52,061 nucleotides of DNA. It comes from Thermoplasmata archaeon (lineage in GTDB: Archaea; Thermoplasmatota; Thermoplasmata; Lutacidiplasmatales; UBA184). Of this stretch, positions 25,824-35,415 are shown in pieces. The notes under the pieces were generated by a model. It searched no databases. It was given only the letters and a program-made list of their open reading frames with translations, and was not told the origin of the DNA. The stretch is taken from the NCBI GenBank assembly GCA_021798415.1, contig JAJZGO010000003.1, positions 1-52,061 of the forward strand. The letters are read 5' to 3'. The number at the start of each line of letters is the position of its first letter. Position 1 is the first letter of the stretch. The position numbers and the translations under genes were made by a program.

Positions 25824-27191
25824 CTAGACCGATTCCTCGATCTCGCCGGCCTGGGGGGTCCCGGCGAGGCGGTCGGCCACGGTGCCGAGGATCTCGAGGT
25901 GACGGTCGACGTCGGCGTCGGTATGCTGGACCGATATCGTCCACTGCTCGTCCGGTCCCGTGCCGGACGGGATGAGTCCCTTGTTGAGGCAGAGATAGTA
26001 GTAGAGCATCGAGCGGTCGCCGTCGACGCGCAAGAAGTCGCGCCAGTTCCTCACCGGGTGGTCCGAGAAGAACGTGGTTCCCGAGACCCCGTCGGCGGAG
26101 ACGTACGCGGTCACGCCCGCGTCGTCGAAGACCTCCGCGTACCCCTTCGCGAGCCGGGAGTTGAGGCGGGCGGAGCGCTCGAGCCCCTCCTCCGTGAGGA
26201 TCTCGTCGAGCGAGGCGAGGCAGGCGGCCATCGCGAGGGGGTTCGAGTTGTACGTCCCCGCGTGGGCAACCTTGCGCGGGCCGACCTCGTCGAGGATGCC
26301 GGGGCCCGCGGCGATCGCGGACATCGGCACGCCGCAGGCGATCGACTTTCCGAGCGTGATGAGGTCCGGCCGGACCCCGACACGGCCGGCGCCGCCGTGA
26401 GGGTACTTCGCGCCGGTCTTGATCTCGTCGAGGACGAGGAGGGCCCCGAGCTCGTCCGCGAGCTCGCGGAGGCCCGGGAAGAACCCGTCCTCGGGCAGGA
26501 TGAACCCCATGTTCATCGGGACCGGCTCCGCGATGATCGCCGCCAGGTCGTCACGGTGCTCGAGCGCGATCGCCCGCGTGGCGGCGAGGTCGTTGAACGG
26601 GGCGACGAGCGTGCGCTCCGACACCTCGGAGAGGATCCCGGGCGAGGCCGGAGCGGACTTGGGGTGGTCGTGCGGGCCGGCGACCTGGAGCCGCGGCTTG
26701 ACGCCGACGAGGAGGGTGTCGTGCGAACCGTGGTACGACCCTTCGAACTTGAGCACGTACCGCTTCTTCGTGTACGCGCGGGCGAAGCGGATCGCGTGGT
26801 GCGTCGCCTCGAGGCCGGTCGTGCTGAACCGCACCTTCGTCATCCGGTAGCGGCGGCAGATCCGTTCGGAGACCTCGGGAGTCCGCTCCCACTCGTAGCC
26901 GTACACGCTCCCCTCGCCCAGCTGGCGGGAGAGCGCCTCGACCAGCTTCGGGTGGGCGTGCCCGCTCTGCAGCGAGCCGAATCCCATGTTGAAGTCGAGG
27001 TAGTCGTTCCCGTCGGCGTCCCAGAGGGTGACGCCCTTCGCGCGGCTGACGTAGAAGGGGTAGGGGTCGAGGAACCGGTAGTTCGAGTGCACCCCGAGGG
27101 GGCTCCACTTCTGGGCGCGCTCCCAGAGTTCCTTCGAGCGGGGGGTCCGGCGCCGGTACTCGTCGTAGGCCGCCTCGAATCTCGGGTCCAT
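25824..27191 (-). CDS. Class-III PLP aminotransferase, GSA-aminomutase-like paralog 1
   Basis: DADGNDYLDFNMGFG, KFEGSYHGSHD, IIAEPVPMN, LDEIKTG, DLITLGKS, HAGTYNSNP. Diverges from typical HemL (DEVMTGFR), so not labelled hemL. Confidence 0.85.
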   Translation of the reverse strand: MDPRFEAAYDEYRRRTPRSKELWERAQKWSPLGVHSNYRFLDPYPFYVSRAKGVTLWDADGNDYLDFNMGFGSLQSGHAHPKLVEALSRQLGEGSVYGYEWERTPEVSERICRRYRMTKVRFSTTGLEATHHAIRFARAYTKKRYVLKFEGSYHGSHDTLLVGVKPRLQVAGPHDHPKSAPASPGILSEVSERTLVAPFNDLAATRAIALEHRDDLAAIIAEPVPMNMGFILPEDGFFPGLRELADELGALLVLDEIKTGAKYPHGGAGRVGVRPDLITLGKSIACGVPMSAIAAGPGILDEVGPRKVAHAGTYNSNPLAMAACLASLDEILTEEGLERSARLNSRLAKGYAEVFDDAGVTAYVSADGVSGTTFFSDHPVRNWRDFLRVDGDRSMLYYYLCLNKGLIPSGTGPDEQWTISVQHTDADVDRHLEILGTVADRLAGTPQAGEIEESV

Positions 27192-27352
27192 GGCCCACTC
27201 CTCCGACCGCCGGCGGCTCGGGCCCACCGGCGCGGTTTGGAGCGGGGGCCCCTACAAAAGGGCATGCGGGACGGGGAAATTTCGACAATCGCCGAACTCC
27301 GGGACCCGAGAGGGTCAAGACCTCCGATGGCTCGGGCGGGGAAGGGTAGTCC

Positions 27353-28801
27353 ATGTCCGAAGCGGAAACGGTCGAGAACTACGTCGCCGGCGCCTGGGTG
27401 CGCCCGTCCGCACTGGGGACGCTCGACGTCCCGGACCCCTCGACGGGCGTCGTGATCGCCCGGGTCCCCCGGTCGGACGCCCGGGCGGTCGACACGGCGG
27501 TCCGGGCGGCGCGAGCGGCGTTCCTCACTTGGCGGGACGTGCCGGTCGCGGAACGGGCGCGCAAGGTCCTCGCGCTGCGGAACCTCCTCGAGGCCCACGC
27601 GGAGGAGCTCGCCCGCACGGTCGTCCGCGAGAACGGCAAGACGATCGACGAGGCCCGCGGGTCGGTCCGCCGCGGGATCGAGGCGACGGAGTTCGCCGCG
27701 AGCGCCCCCACGACGATGCAGGGGGCGTTCCTCGAGGACGTCTCTCCGGGCGTCGACACGACGCTCGTGCGCCAGCCCCTCGGGGTCGTCGTCGGCATCA
27801 CCCCGTTCAACTTTCCGGTCATGATCCCGCTCTGGATGGTCCCGCTCGCGCTCGTCTGCGGCAACGCGGTCGTCCTGAAGCCTTCCGAGCGGGTGCCGCT
27901 CTCGGCCGTGCGCCTCGCCCGGTGGATCGACGAGGCCGGCTTTCCGGCCGGGACGTTCAACCTCGTCCACGGGGACGCCCCGGCGGTCGACGCGCTCCTG
28001 GCGCATCCCGGGGTCGACGCGGTCTCGTTCGTCGGCTCGGCCCCGACCGCCCGCCACATCTACACGACCGCCGCCGCACACGGTAAGCGCGTCCAGGCGC
28101 TCGCCGGCGCGAAGAACCATCTCATCGTGATGCCCGACGCCGACCTCGAGCGCTCGGTGCCGGCGATCGTGTCGAGCGCGTTCGGCCAGTCGGGCGAGCG
28201 CTGCCTCGCGGCGAGCGTGATCGTCGCGGTCGAACCCGGCGCGGATCGGCTCGTCGAACGGCTCGCGAAGGCCGTCAAGGCGCTCACCACCGGGCCGGCC
28301 GACGACCCCGCGACGCACGTCGGGCCCGTGATCCGCCCGGACCACCGCGACCGGGTCCTGGCGTGGATCCGCGACGGCGAGGCGGGAGGCGCCCGCGTCG
28401 TCGCGCGGGGCCGGGTCCCCGAGGGCTCGGACGGGTACTACGTGCCCCCGGTGCTGTTCGACGGGGTACGACCCGAGATGGCGATCGCCCAGGAGGAGGT
28501 CTTCGGCCCCGTGCTCTCGGTCGTGCGCGTCGCCTCGCTCGCCGAGGGGATCGAGGTCGCCAACCGGTCGAGGTTCGGCAACGCGGCGGCGATCTTCACG
28601 CGCGACGGCCGGGCCGCGCGGGAGTTCACGCACCGGATCGAGGCCGGCATGATCGGTGTCAACATCGGCGTCCCGGCGCCCGCCGCGTACTTCCCGTTCG
28701 TCGGGTGGAAGGGGTCGTTCTACGGCGACCTCCACGCGACCGGCCGGGACGCGATCGACTTCTACACCCGCAAGAAGGTCATCACGAGCCGCTGGTTCTA
28801 G
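27353..28801 (+). CDS. mmsA: CoA-acylating (methyl)malonate-semialdehyde dehydrogenase
   Basis: GITPFNFPVMIPLWM, KPSERVP, SFVGS, RVQALAGAKNH, GERCLA, IGVNIGVPAP, FVGWKGSFYGDLH, FYTRKKVITSRW. Confidence 0.92.
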   Translation: MSEAETVENYVAGAWVRPSALGTLDVPDPSTGVVIARVPRSDARAVDTAVRAARAAFLTWRDVPVAERARKVLALRNLLEAHAEELARTVVRENGKTIDEARGSVRRGIEATEFAASAPTTMQGAFLEDVSPGVDTTLVRQPLGVVVGITPFNFPVMIPLWMVPLALVCGNAVVLKPSERVPLSAVRLARWIDEAGFPAGTFNLVHGDAPAVDALLAHPGVDAVSFVGSAPTARHIYTTAAAHGKRVQALAGAKNHLIVMPDADLERSVPAIVSSAFGQSGERCLAASVIVAVEPGADRLVERLAKAVKALTTGPADDPATHVGPVIRPDHRDRVLAWIRDGEAGGARVVARGRVPEGSDGYYVPPVLFDGVRPEMAIAQEEVFGPVLSVVRVASLAEGIEVANRSRFGNAAAIFTRDGRAAREFTHRIEAGMIGVNIGVPAPAAYFPFVGWKGSFYGDLHATGRDAIDFYTRKKVITSRWF

Positions 28802-30023
28802 GGCCCGGGCGCGCGGGCGGGAGCCGACGCACCACCGGGACCCAGAGGAGCGCGGCCCCGACCGCGCCGACCGCGCTGAGCCCGAACATCGGGACGATGC
28901 CGACGCCGAGGCTCAGGACCACGCCGGCGACGACGGCCCCCGCGAGGCCGCCGAAGTTGAACGCGGCGGTCATGAGCCCGACGGCCCTCCCGCGCTCCTC
29001 CGGGGTGCTCGCGTCCGTCGCCTCGCGGACCCCGGCGACCGTGAAGAAGACGGCGACCGGGACGACCCAGACCCCGAACGTCACGGCGTAGTTCGGTACG
29101 GCGAAGAGCGCGACCCAGATCGCCGCGTACGCGCTCGCCGAGAGGACGAGGACCCACCGGCGGCTCGCCACCGGCTCGGCGAGGCGCCCCGAGAGGGGGG
29201 CGGCCGCCAGGTTGAAGAGCGAGGAGACCGCGAGCCAGACGGCTAGCTGCTGGTCCTCGTTGAACGGAACGCCGAAGAACCCCTGCCGGGCGAGCGTGGC
29301 CGCGAGGTAGACCGGGACCGCGCTCACCGCCATGTACCGGAACGTCGCGACCGCGGTCGTCGCGCCGGCGAGCTCGAGGACCTCGCGGCGGAGATGGGAC
29401 CCCGCACCCGCCGGCCCCCTCGGTGCGCGCCGGTGCGGAAGGTCCCCCGCGAGCGCGTAGGCGACCGCCGCTACGGCGGTGAGCGCCGCGAGGAGCCCGA
29501 CGAGCGCCCAGCCCCCGGCCGAGTCGAAGCGGAACGTCGGACCCGAGAGGAGCGGGACGCTCGCGACCACGCCGAGGAGCATCCCGCCGCTCGACGCGAA
29601 CTGGAGCCACCCGAGCCGCGGACCCGCGCTCCGGCCCGCCTCCTCGGTCGCGAGGGTCGTCGCGAGGACGACCGACCCGAAGAGCGCGCTCTGGAGCACG
29701 CGGAGCACGAAGAGCTCGACCGCTCCGCCGAGCGGCAGGAGGAGGAAGATCGGGGCCTGGAGCGCCGTCGCGACGACGAGGAGCCCGCGACGGCCCCCCC
29801 GACGGTCCGAGAGCCACCCCCACCCGTACGACGCGAGGGTCTGGCTCGCGAGCGGGGCCCCGAGGACGAGCGTCGCGAGGAGCGGCCCCCCGCCGAGCTC
29901 GAGCTCGACGAACGGGAGGACCGCGAGGAGGACGCCGTAGCTCGCGTACGCGAGCCAGGTGCCCGCGGCGACGCGGGAGAACGAGAACGGGGCGTGGACG
30001 GGTCCCCCGCCGGCCCCCGGCAC
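28782..30023 (-). CDS. MFS transporter
   Basis: About 12 TM; WGWLSDRRGGRR motif A, EERGRAVGL; last gene of the amidohydrolase-aminotransferase operon. Confidence 0.85.
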   Translation of the reverse strand: MPGAGGGPVHAPFSFSRVAAGTWLAYASYGVLLAVLPFVELELGGGPLLATLVLGAPLASQTLASYGWGWLSDRRGGRRGLLVVATALQAPIFLLLPLGGAVELFVLRVLQSALFGSVVLATTLATEEAGRSAGPRLGWLQFASSGGMLLGVVASVPLLSGPTFRFDSAGGWALVGLLAALTAVAAVAYALAGDLPHRRAPRGPAGAGSHLRREVLELAGATTAVATFRYMAVSAVPVYLAATLARQGFFGVPFNEDQQLAVWLAVSSLFNLAAAPLSGRLAEPVASRRWVLVLSASAYAAIWVALFAVPNYAVTFGVWVVPVAVFFTVAGVREATDASTPEERGRAVGLMTAAFNFGGLAGAVVAGVVLSLGVGIVPMFGLSAVGAVGAALLWVPVVRRLPPARPGPRTSGS

Positions 30024-30033
30024 GCGAGGTCCC

Positions 30034-31371
30034 TTACGCGGCGACGACCTTCTGGTCGGCCACCACGAGCGATCGGTCGAGGACGTCGAGCGCGCGGTCG
30101 AGCTCCTCGCGGGTCACGATGAGCGGCGGCGCGACGATGAGGTGGGACACCCAGCCGACGCAGAAGACCCCCTCCTTCAACATCGCCGCCGTCACCTGCT
30201 CGACGACCAGGGGGCGGCCGGCCAGCTTGTCGTCCTCGGTGTTGAACGGCTCGCGCGTCGCCCGGTTCTTCACGAGCTCGACGGCCGCGAAGAGGCCGAG
30301 ACCCCTCACCTCGCCGACGGACGGGTGGGCGTCGCGGATCTCCCCGAGGCGGCGGAGGAGGTACTCCCCGTCGCGGCGCGACTTCTCGAGGAGACCGAGC
30401 CGGCGGTACTCGCCGATCGCGGCGACCGCGGGCGCGAGCGTCAGCGGATGCGCTTCGTAGGTGTGGCCGTGGGGGAAGTAGCGGTCGCGGAAGGCGTCGT
30501 GGACCTCGGCGGTCGACGCCGTGAGCCCGAGCGGCACCTGGGCGCCCGTGATCCCCTTCGCCGTCGTGAGGAGGTCCGGCCGCACGCCCCAGTGGTCGAC
30601 CGCGAACCATTCGCCGACGCGGCCCCAGGCGCTCATCACCTCGTCCGCGATCAGGAGCACGCCGTGCTTCTTCGTGATCTCGCGCAGGCGCGGCAGGTAC
30701 TCCGGGACCGGCACGAGCACGCCGTTGGTCCCGACGACCGGCTCGACGATCATCGCCGCGACGTCCCCCTCGCGCTCGAGCTGGTAGTCGACGTACTCGG
30801 CGCAGGCGACGCCGCACTCGGGATACGTCCGCCCGAACGGGCAGCGGTAGCAGTAGCAGTCCGGGGCGAAGACGGTCCCCGGGACCTTCTCGAGCGGCTC
30901 GATCGCGCGACGACGGAACTCGCCGGTCACGCTGATCGACGCCGCGGTCGAGCCGTGATACGACCGGTACCGCGCGACGACCTTCGTCCGTCCGGTCACC
31001 GCGCGCGCGATCTTGAGCGCCGCCTCGTTCGCCTCCGTCCCCGAGGTGCTGAAGAAGAAGCGGGAGAGGCCCTTCGGAAGGACTTCGGTGAGGACCGAGC
31101 TGAGGCGCGCGCGGGCCTCGGTCGCGAACCCCGGGGCCGCATAGGCGACCGAGCGCGCCTGCTCGGCGATCGCCTCGGCGACGGCGGCGTTGCCGTGGCC
31201 CAGGTTCGTCGCGATCAGCTGGGAAGAGAGGTCGATGTACTCGCGGCCGGCCCCGTCCCAGAACTTCGACCCTTGCGCGCGCGCGAGGACGAGGGGGTCC
31301 CAGCCGCCCTGACGGCGCCACGTGACGTAGTTCGTCTCTCGGACGATGCGGCGGATCTCCTCGGGGTCCAT
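30034..31371 (-). CDS. Class-III aminotransferase (omega-amine/taurine/beta-alanine-type)
   Basis: YIDLSSQLIATNLGH, STSGTEANE, YRSYHGST, IVEPVVGTNG, IADEVMSAWGR, TTAKGIT, HGHTYEAHP. Confidence 0.9.
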   Translation of the reverse strand: MDPEEIRRIVRETNYVTWRRQGGWDPLVLARAQGSKFWDGAGREYIDLSSQLIATNLGHGNAAVAEAIAEQARSVAYAAPGFATEARARLSSVLTEVLPKGLSRFFFSTSGTEANEAALKIARAVTGRTKVVARYRSYHGSTAASISVTGEFRRRAIEPLEKVPGTVFAPDCYCYRCPFGRTYPECGVACAEYVDYQLEREGDVAAMIVEPVVGTNGVLVPVPEYLPRLREITKKHGVLLIADEVMSAWGRVGEWFAVDHWGVRPDLLTTAKGITGAQVPLGLTASTAEVHDAFRDRYFPHGHTYEAHPLTLAPAVAAIGEYRRLGLLEKSRRDGEYLLRRLGEIRDAHPSVGEVRGLGLFAAVELVKNRATREPFNTEDDKLAGRPLVVEQVTAAMLKEGVFCVGWVSHLIVAPPLIVTREELDRALDVLDRSLVVADQKVVAA

Positions 31372-31398
31372 CGCGCGCGCCCCCGACCTCGAGCCGGG

Positions 31399-32259
31399 TT
31401 ATGAGGACCCGGTCCGGCGCGGGGCCGGCTCGGGCAGTCGGAACAGTCGACGGGCGTTCCCGCCCAGGATCGCGTCGAGGTCCTCGGCCGGAAGGTCGAG
31501 CCCGCGGACGAGGTCGACCGCGACGGTGAGCTCCTCGAGGGGCCAGTCGGAACCGTAGAGGATCCGGTCGGGCGAGCCGACCGTCACGATCGCGTTGTAC
31601 AGGCGGCGCCGCGCGCGGTCCACCATCCGCGCGAAGTACGGGGCGGACGGGTGGGCGAGCAGCCCGGAGGTGTCGGCGTGGACGTTCGGGTTCTTGTAGA
31701 CGATCTCGGCCGCCTCCTCGACCCAGGGGTTCCCGAAGTGGCAGAGGACGAACGAGAGGTCGCGGTACCGCCCCGCGACCTCGTCGACCTCGATCGGGCG
31801 GGCGTACTTGACGAGCCCGATCCCGTCGAGCGTGTCGCCCTGGTGGATCATCACCGGGAGGCGCCGGCGGCGGGCGTACTCGTAGACCGGGTCGAGCCGG
31901 GGGTCGTGGGGGTAGAACGCCCGGTACCCGGGGTAGAGCTTGATCGCGACGAGGTCGGGTTCGCGCCCCCAGTTCTCGATCGTCTCGTGCACGACGGCCT
32001 CCCCGGCCGTCGGGTCGACCGTCGCGACCGGGTGCAGCCGGCCCCCGCTCGCCCCGGCCACGGAACGACCCTCCGCGAGGCCCTCGGCCGAGCTCGGGGC
32101 CTCGAACAGCTGGAGGACGAGTCCGCGGTCGATCCCGGCCCGGTCCATCTCGGCGAGCAGGCTGGGGACCCCGAGGTCGAGGTCGGGCCGGTACGCCGTG
32201 CGCGGAAGGTCCCGCCACCATCGGCTCAGGTGGAGGTGGACGTCGACCCGGCCCGTCAC
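31399..32259 (-). CDS. Amidohydrolase_2 family metal-dependent hydrolase
   Basis: DVHLHL, KLYPGY, VMIHQG, LCHFGNPW, ADTSG, LYGSDWP. Confidence 0.88.
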   Translation of the reverse strand: MTGRVDVHLHLSRWWRDLPRTAYRPDLDLGVPSLLAEMDRAGIDRGLVLQLFEAPSSAEGLAEGRSVAGASGGRLHPVATVDPTAGEAVVHETIENWGREPDLVAIKLYPGYRAFYPHDPRLDPVYEYARRRRLPVMIHQGDTLDGIGLVKYARPIEVDEVAGRYRDLSFVLCHFGNPWVEEAAEIVYKNPNVHADTSGLLAHPSAPYFARMVDRARRRLYNAIVTVGSPDRILYGSDWPLEELTVAVDLVRGLDLPAEDLDAILGGNARRLFRLPEPAPRRTGSS

Positions 32260-32378
32260 CGTTACCGCCTCCGACCCGGAAGGCCCAGACGGACGCGGCG
32301 GATAACGAATCTGCGGGAACCTCGGGCACCCTCCGAGAGTTGATATGGCGCGGACCGCTGCGTAGGTCCGGTGCTGCC

Positions 32379-33893
32379 ATGACCGGTCGCGATGCGTGGC
32401 TCAGCTTTCCCGACGCCCCGCGGATCCTGCATCCCCCGCCCGGGCCGCGGTCCCGCGAGCTCCTCGCCGACCAGGCGCGCTGGGAGACCGACGCCGTCGG
32501 CTATCCGCACTACTTCCCGATCGCGCCGAAGGTCGCCCAGGGGTCGACGATCGAGGACGTCGACGGCAACCGGTTCATCGACTGGATGGCCGGGATCTCG
32601 GTCCTCAACCTCGGTCATCGCCATCCCCGCCTCGTCGCGGCGCTCGAGGAGCAGTCGCGCGCGATCTGGCATGCCCTCGAGCTCCCCACCGAGGCCCGGA
32701 TCCGGTTCCTCAAGGAGCTGCGCGACGTCCTGCCGGGGACCCTGCGGAACCACGCCCGCATCTTCTTCTCGGTCACGGGCGGGGACTGCATCGAGACCGC
32801 CGTCAACCTCGCCGATTTCGCCCAGGGGAAGCGCGGCACGGTCGCGTTCTCGGGAGCCTACCACGGGGTCCACGGCGGGGTCGTCCACCTCACGAGCGGG
32901 CGTCGCTACCACTCGACCACGAGCTTCGGGGGCGGCACGGTCGTTCGGGTGCCGTACCCGGACCCGTACCGGCCGGTTCTCGGCGCCGACAAGGGGGCGG
33001 CCGGCACGATCGCGTACCTCGAGCACCTCGTGAACGACCCGCACTCGGGCGTCGACGCGATCTCCTCCGTTCTCGTCGAGCCGATCCTGGGGGAGGGCGG
33101 GTACGTCGTCCCCCCCGACGATTTCCTCCCGTCGCTCCGGGAGTTCTGCGACCGCCACGGGATCCTCCTGATCGCCGACGAGGTCCAGACCGGCCTCGGC
33201 CGCACGGGCCGTATGTGGGCCGTCGAGCACTCGGGAGTCACCCCGGACATCCTCTGCATCGCGAAGACGATCGGCGGTGGGATCCCACTCGCGGTCGTCG
33301 CGTACCGGGACGACCTCGTCCGGGAGCTCCCGCGGGGGTTCCACCTCGGCACGTACCGGGCGAACCCGCTCGCCCTCGCGGTCGGCGCCGAGACCCTCGA
33401 GCTCCTCAAGGAGGGCGACCTCCTCGACCGCACCCGCCACCGCGGTCCCCAGCTCCTCCAGAAGTTCCAGGGGCTCGCCGACCGCCACCCGGCGGTCGGG
33501 AGCGTGCGGGGGCGCGGGTTCATGATCGGCGTCGAGTTCGTCCGCGACCGCCGCAGCCGCCTCGCCTGGGGGGACGGAGCGCGCTCGATGCGGTCGGCGC
33601 TCCTCGCCCGGGGCGTCCTCATGCACACCTGCGGCGCGTGGGACCAGGTCCTGCGGTTCATGGCGCCGCTCACGATCGAGGACGAGCTCCTCGAGCGGGG
33701 GGTCGCCGCGTTCGAGGAGTCGCTCGAGAGCCTCGCCACGACGCCCGTGACCCGGCCCGCCGGGGGCCCGGTGCACTACCCGGCCGGCCCGGGGGAGCCG
33801 CACCCGCTACCGGAGCACATGGTCCCGACGCCCGGGGTCCCCCCGATCCCGGGACCGCGCCTGCCGGTCGAGCACGTCGACACGGACGACTAG
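32379..33893 (+). CDS. Class-III aminotransferase, 4-aminobutyrate/diamine type, with a Pro-rich C-terminal tail
   Basis: DVDGNRFIDWMAGISVLNLGH, FSGAYHG, VEPILGEGG, IADEVQTGLGRTG, CIAKTIGGG, HLGTYRAN, VRGRGFMIG. Confidence 0.9.
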   Translation: MTGRDAWLSFPDAPRILHPPPGPRSRELLADQARWETDAVGYPHYFPIAPKVAQGSTIEDVDGNRFIDWMAGISVLNLGHRHPRLVAALEEQSRAIWHALELPTEARIRFLKELRDVLPGTLRNHARIFFSVTGGDCIETAVNLADFAQGKRGTVAFSGAYHGVHGGVVHLTSGRRYHSTTSFGGGTVVRVPYPDPYRPVLGADKGAAGTIAYLEHLVNDPHSGVDAISSVLVEPILGEGGYVVPPDDFLPSLREFCDRHGILLIADEVQTGLGRTGRMWAVEHSGVTPDILCIAKTIGGGIPLAVVAYRDDLVRELPRGFHLGTYRANPLALAVGAETLELLKEGDLLDRTRHRGPQLLQKFQGLADRHPAVGSVRGRGFMIGVEFVRDRRSRLAWGDGARSMRSALLARGVLMHTCGAWDQVLRFMAPLTIEDELLERGVAAFEESLESLATTPVTRPAGGPVHYPAGPGEPHPLPEHMVPTPGVPPIPGPRLPVEHVDTDD

Positions 33894-33922
33894 GGCGGTG
33901 GCTGTCGCGGGCCGCCCGTGCG

Positions 33923-35407
33923 CTACGGGAGGCCGTAGTTGACCGAGATCAGCTTGACCTCGGTCATCTCCTGCATCGCATAGCGCAGGCCCTCGCGCCC
34001 GAGGCCGCTCTCCCGCACGCCCCCGAACGGGAGCGCGTCCCAGCGCAGGTTGGTCGGATCGTTCAGATGGACCCCGCCCGCCCGGATCCGGCGCGCGAGG
34101 CGGAACCCCCGGGCGATGTCCCGGGTGTACACGGCCGCCTGGAGGCCGTACACCGTCGAGTTCGCGATCCGGATCGCGTCGTCGACCTCCCGGAACCGAA
34201 CGACGGGCGCGATCGGGCCGAACGGCTCCTCGCGGACCACCTCGGCGGACTCGGGGACCTCGTCGAGGACCGTGGGGGCGTAGAAGTTCCCGGGGCCCCG
34301 CTCGACCCTCGCCCCGCCCGCGAGGACCTTGGCCGACCGGTGGCGGGCGTCGGCGACGAGCCGGTCCATCCGCTCGAGGGCCGCGCCGTCGATGAGGGGG
34401 CCGACCTCGGTCGTCTCGTCGAGCGCTGGTCCGACGCGCAGCGCCTTCGCCCGATCGGCGAACGCCCGCGCGAACTTCTCGGCGATCCCGTCCTGGACCA
34501 GGAACCGCTTCGAGGCCGTGCAGACCTGGCCCGAGTAGCTGAACGCGCCCCGGACCGCCGCGTCGACCGCCGCGCCGAGCGGCGCGTCGTCGAGCAGGAC
34601 GAACGGGTCGAGTCCGCCCATTTCGAGGATGACGCGCTTCGCCTGGCGTCCGGCCCGCTCGGCGATCCCCTTGCCGACGAGCGTCGAACCGGTGAACGTG
34701 ACGAGGCGGGTCGCGCGGTGGTCGACGAGCGCGTTCCCGACCGAGCTCCCCGGACCGACCACGACGTTCATCACGCCGGCCGGGACGCCGGCCGCCCGGA
34801 GGTGCTCGGCGAGGCGGAGGGCGGTGAACGGCGCGGCGCTCGTCGGCTTCGCGACGACCGGGTTCCCGGCGGCGAGCGCCGGCGCGACCTTGTGGCAGAG
34901 GAGGTTGAGCGGGAAGTTGAACGGACCGATCGCGACGACGACGCCGATCGGGTCGCGGACCGAGAAGAGGAACCGGTGCTCGTTGCCCGCGGGGCGCTCG
35001 TAAGCGTCGGCGGGGTAGCTCTCTCCGCCGAGGTGGCGGATCTCCTCCGCGGCGAGATCGAAGACGCCGGCCGCCCGGTCGGCCTCGACGCGCGCGTCGA
35101 CGATCGGCTTCCCCACTTCCGAGGAGATCAGTCGGGCGATCGTCTCCCGGTCGGCGCGCAGGCGCTCGGCCGTCGCCCGCAGGATACGGGCGCGCTCGTG
35201 GCCGGGGACCGAACCCCACGCCTCCTCGACCGCGGCCGCCGCGTCGACCGCCGCGCTCGCCTCGTCCGCGGAGGCGACCGGCGCCTCCCCGATCCGGCGG
35301 CCGGTCGACGGGTCGACGACGGGTACGTACTGGCCCGAGGCCGGAGGTCGGAAGGTTCCACCGATGAACAGCGCGCCCCGCCCGCCCTCCGGGATCCCGT
35401 CGACCAT
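33923..35407 (-). CDS. NAD(P)+ aldehyde dehydrogenase (lactaldehyde/succinate-semialdehyde-like)
   Basis: PFNFPLNL, KPTS, FTGS, LEMGG, GQVCTAS, EEPFGP, PFGGVRESGLGREG. Confidence 0.88.
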   Translation of the reverse strand: MVDGIPEGGRGALFIGGTFRPPASGQYVPVVDPSTGRRIGEAPVASADEASAAVDAAAAVEEAWGSVPGHERARILRATAERLRADRETIARLISSEVGKPIVDARVEADRAAGVFDLAAEEIRHLGGESYPADAYERPAGNEHRFLFSVRDPIGVVVAIGPFNFPLNLLCHKVAPALAAGNPVVAKPTSAAPFTALRLAEHLRAAGVPAGVMNVVVGPGSSVGNALVDHRATRLVTFTGSTLVGKGIAERAGRQAKRVILEMGGLDPFVLLDDAPLGAAVDAAVRGAFSYSGQVCTASKRFLVQDGIAEKFARAFADRAKALRVGPALDETTEVGPLIDGAALERMDRLVADARHRSAKVLAGGARVERGPGNFYAPTVLDEVPESAEVVREEPFGPIAPVVRFREVDDAIRIANSTVYGLQAAVYTRDIARGFRLARRIRAGGVHLNDPTNLRWDALPFGGVRESGLGREGLRYAMQEMTEVKLISVNYGLP

Positions 35408-35415
35408 CGTCGCCC

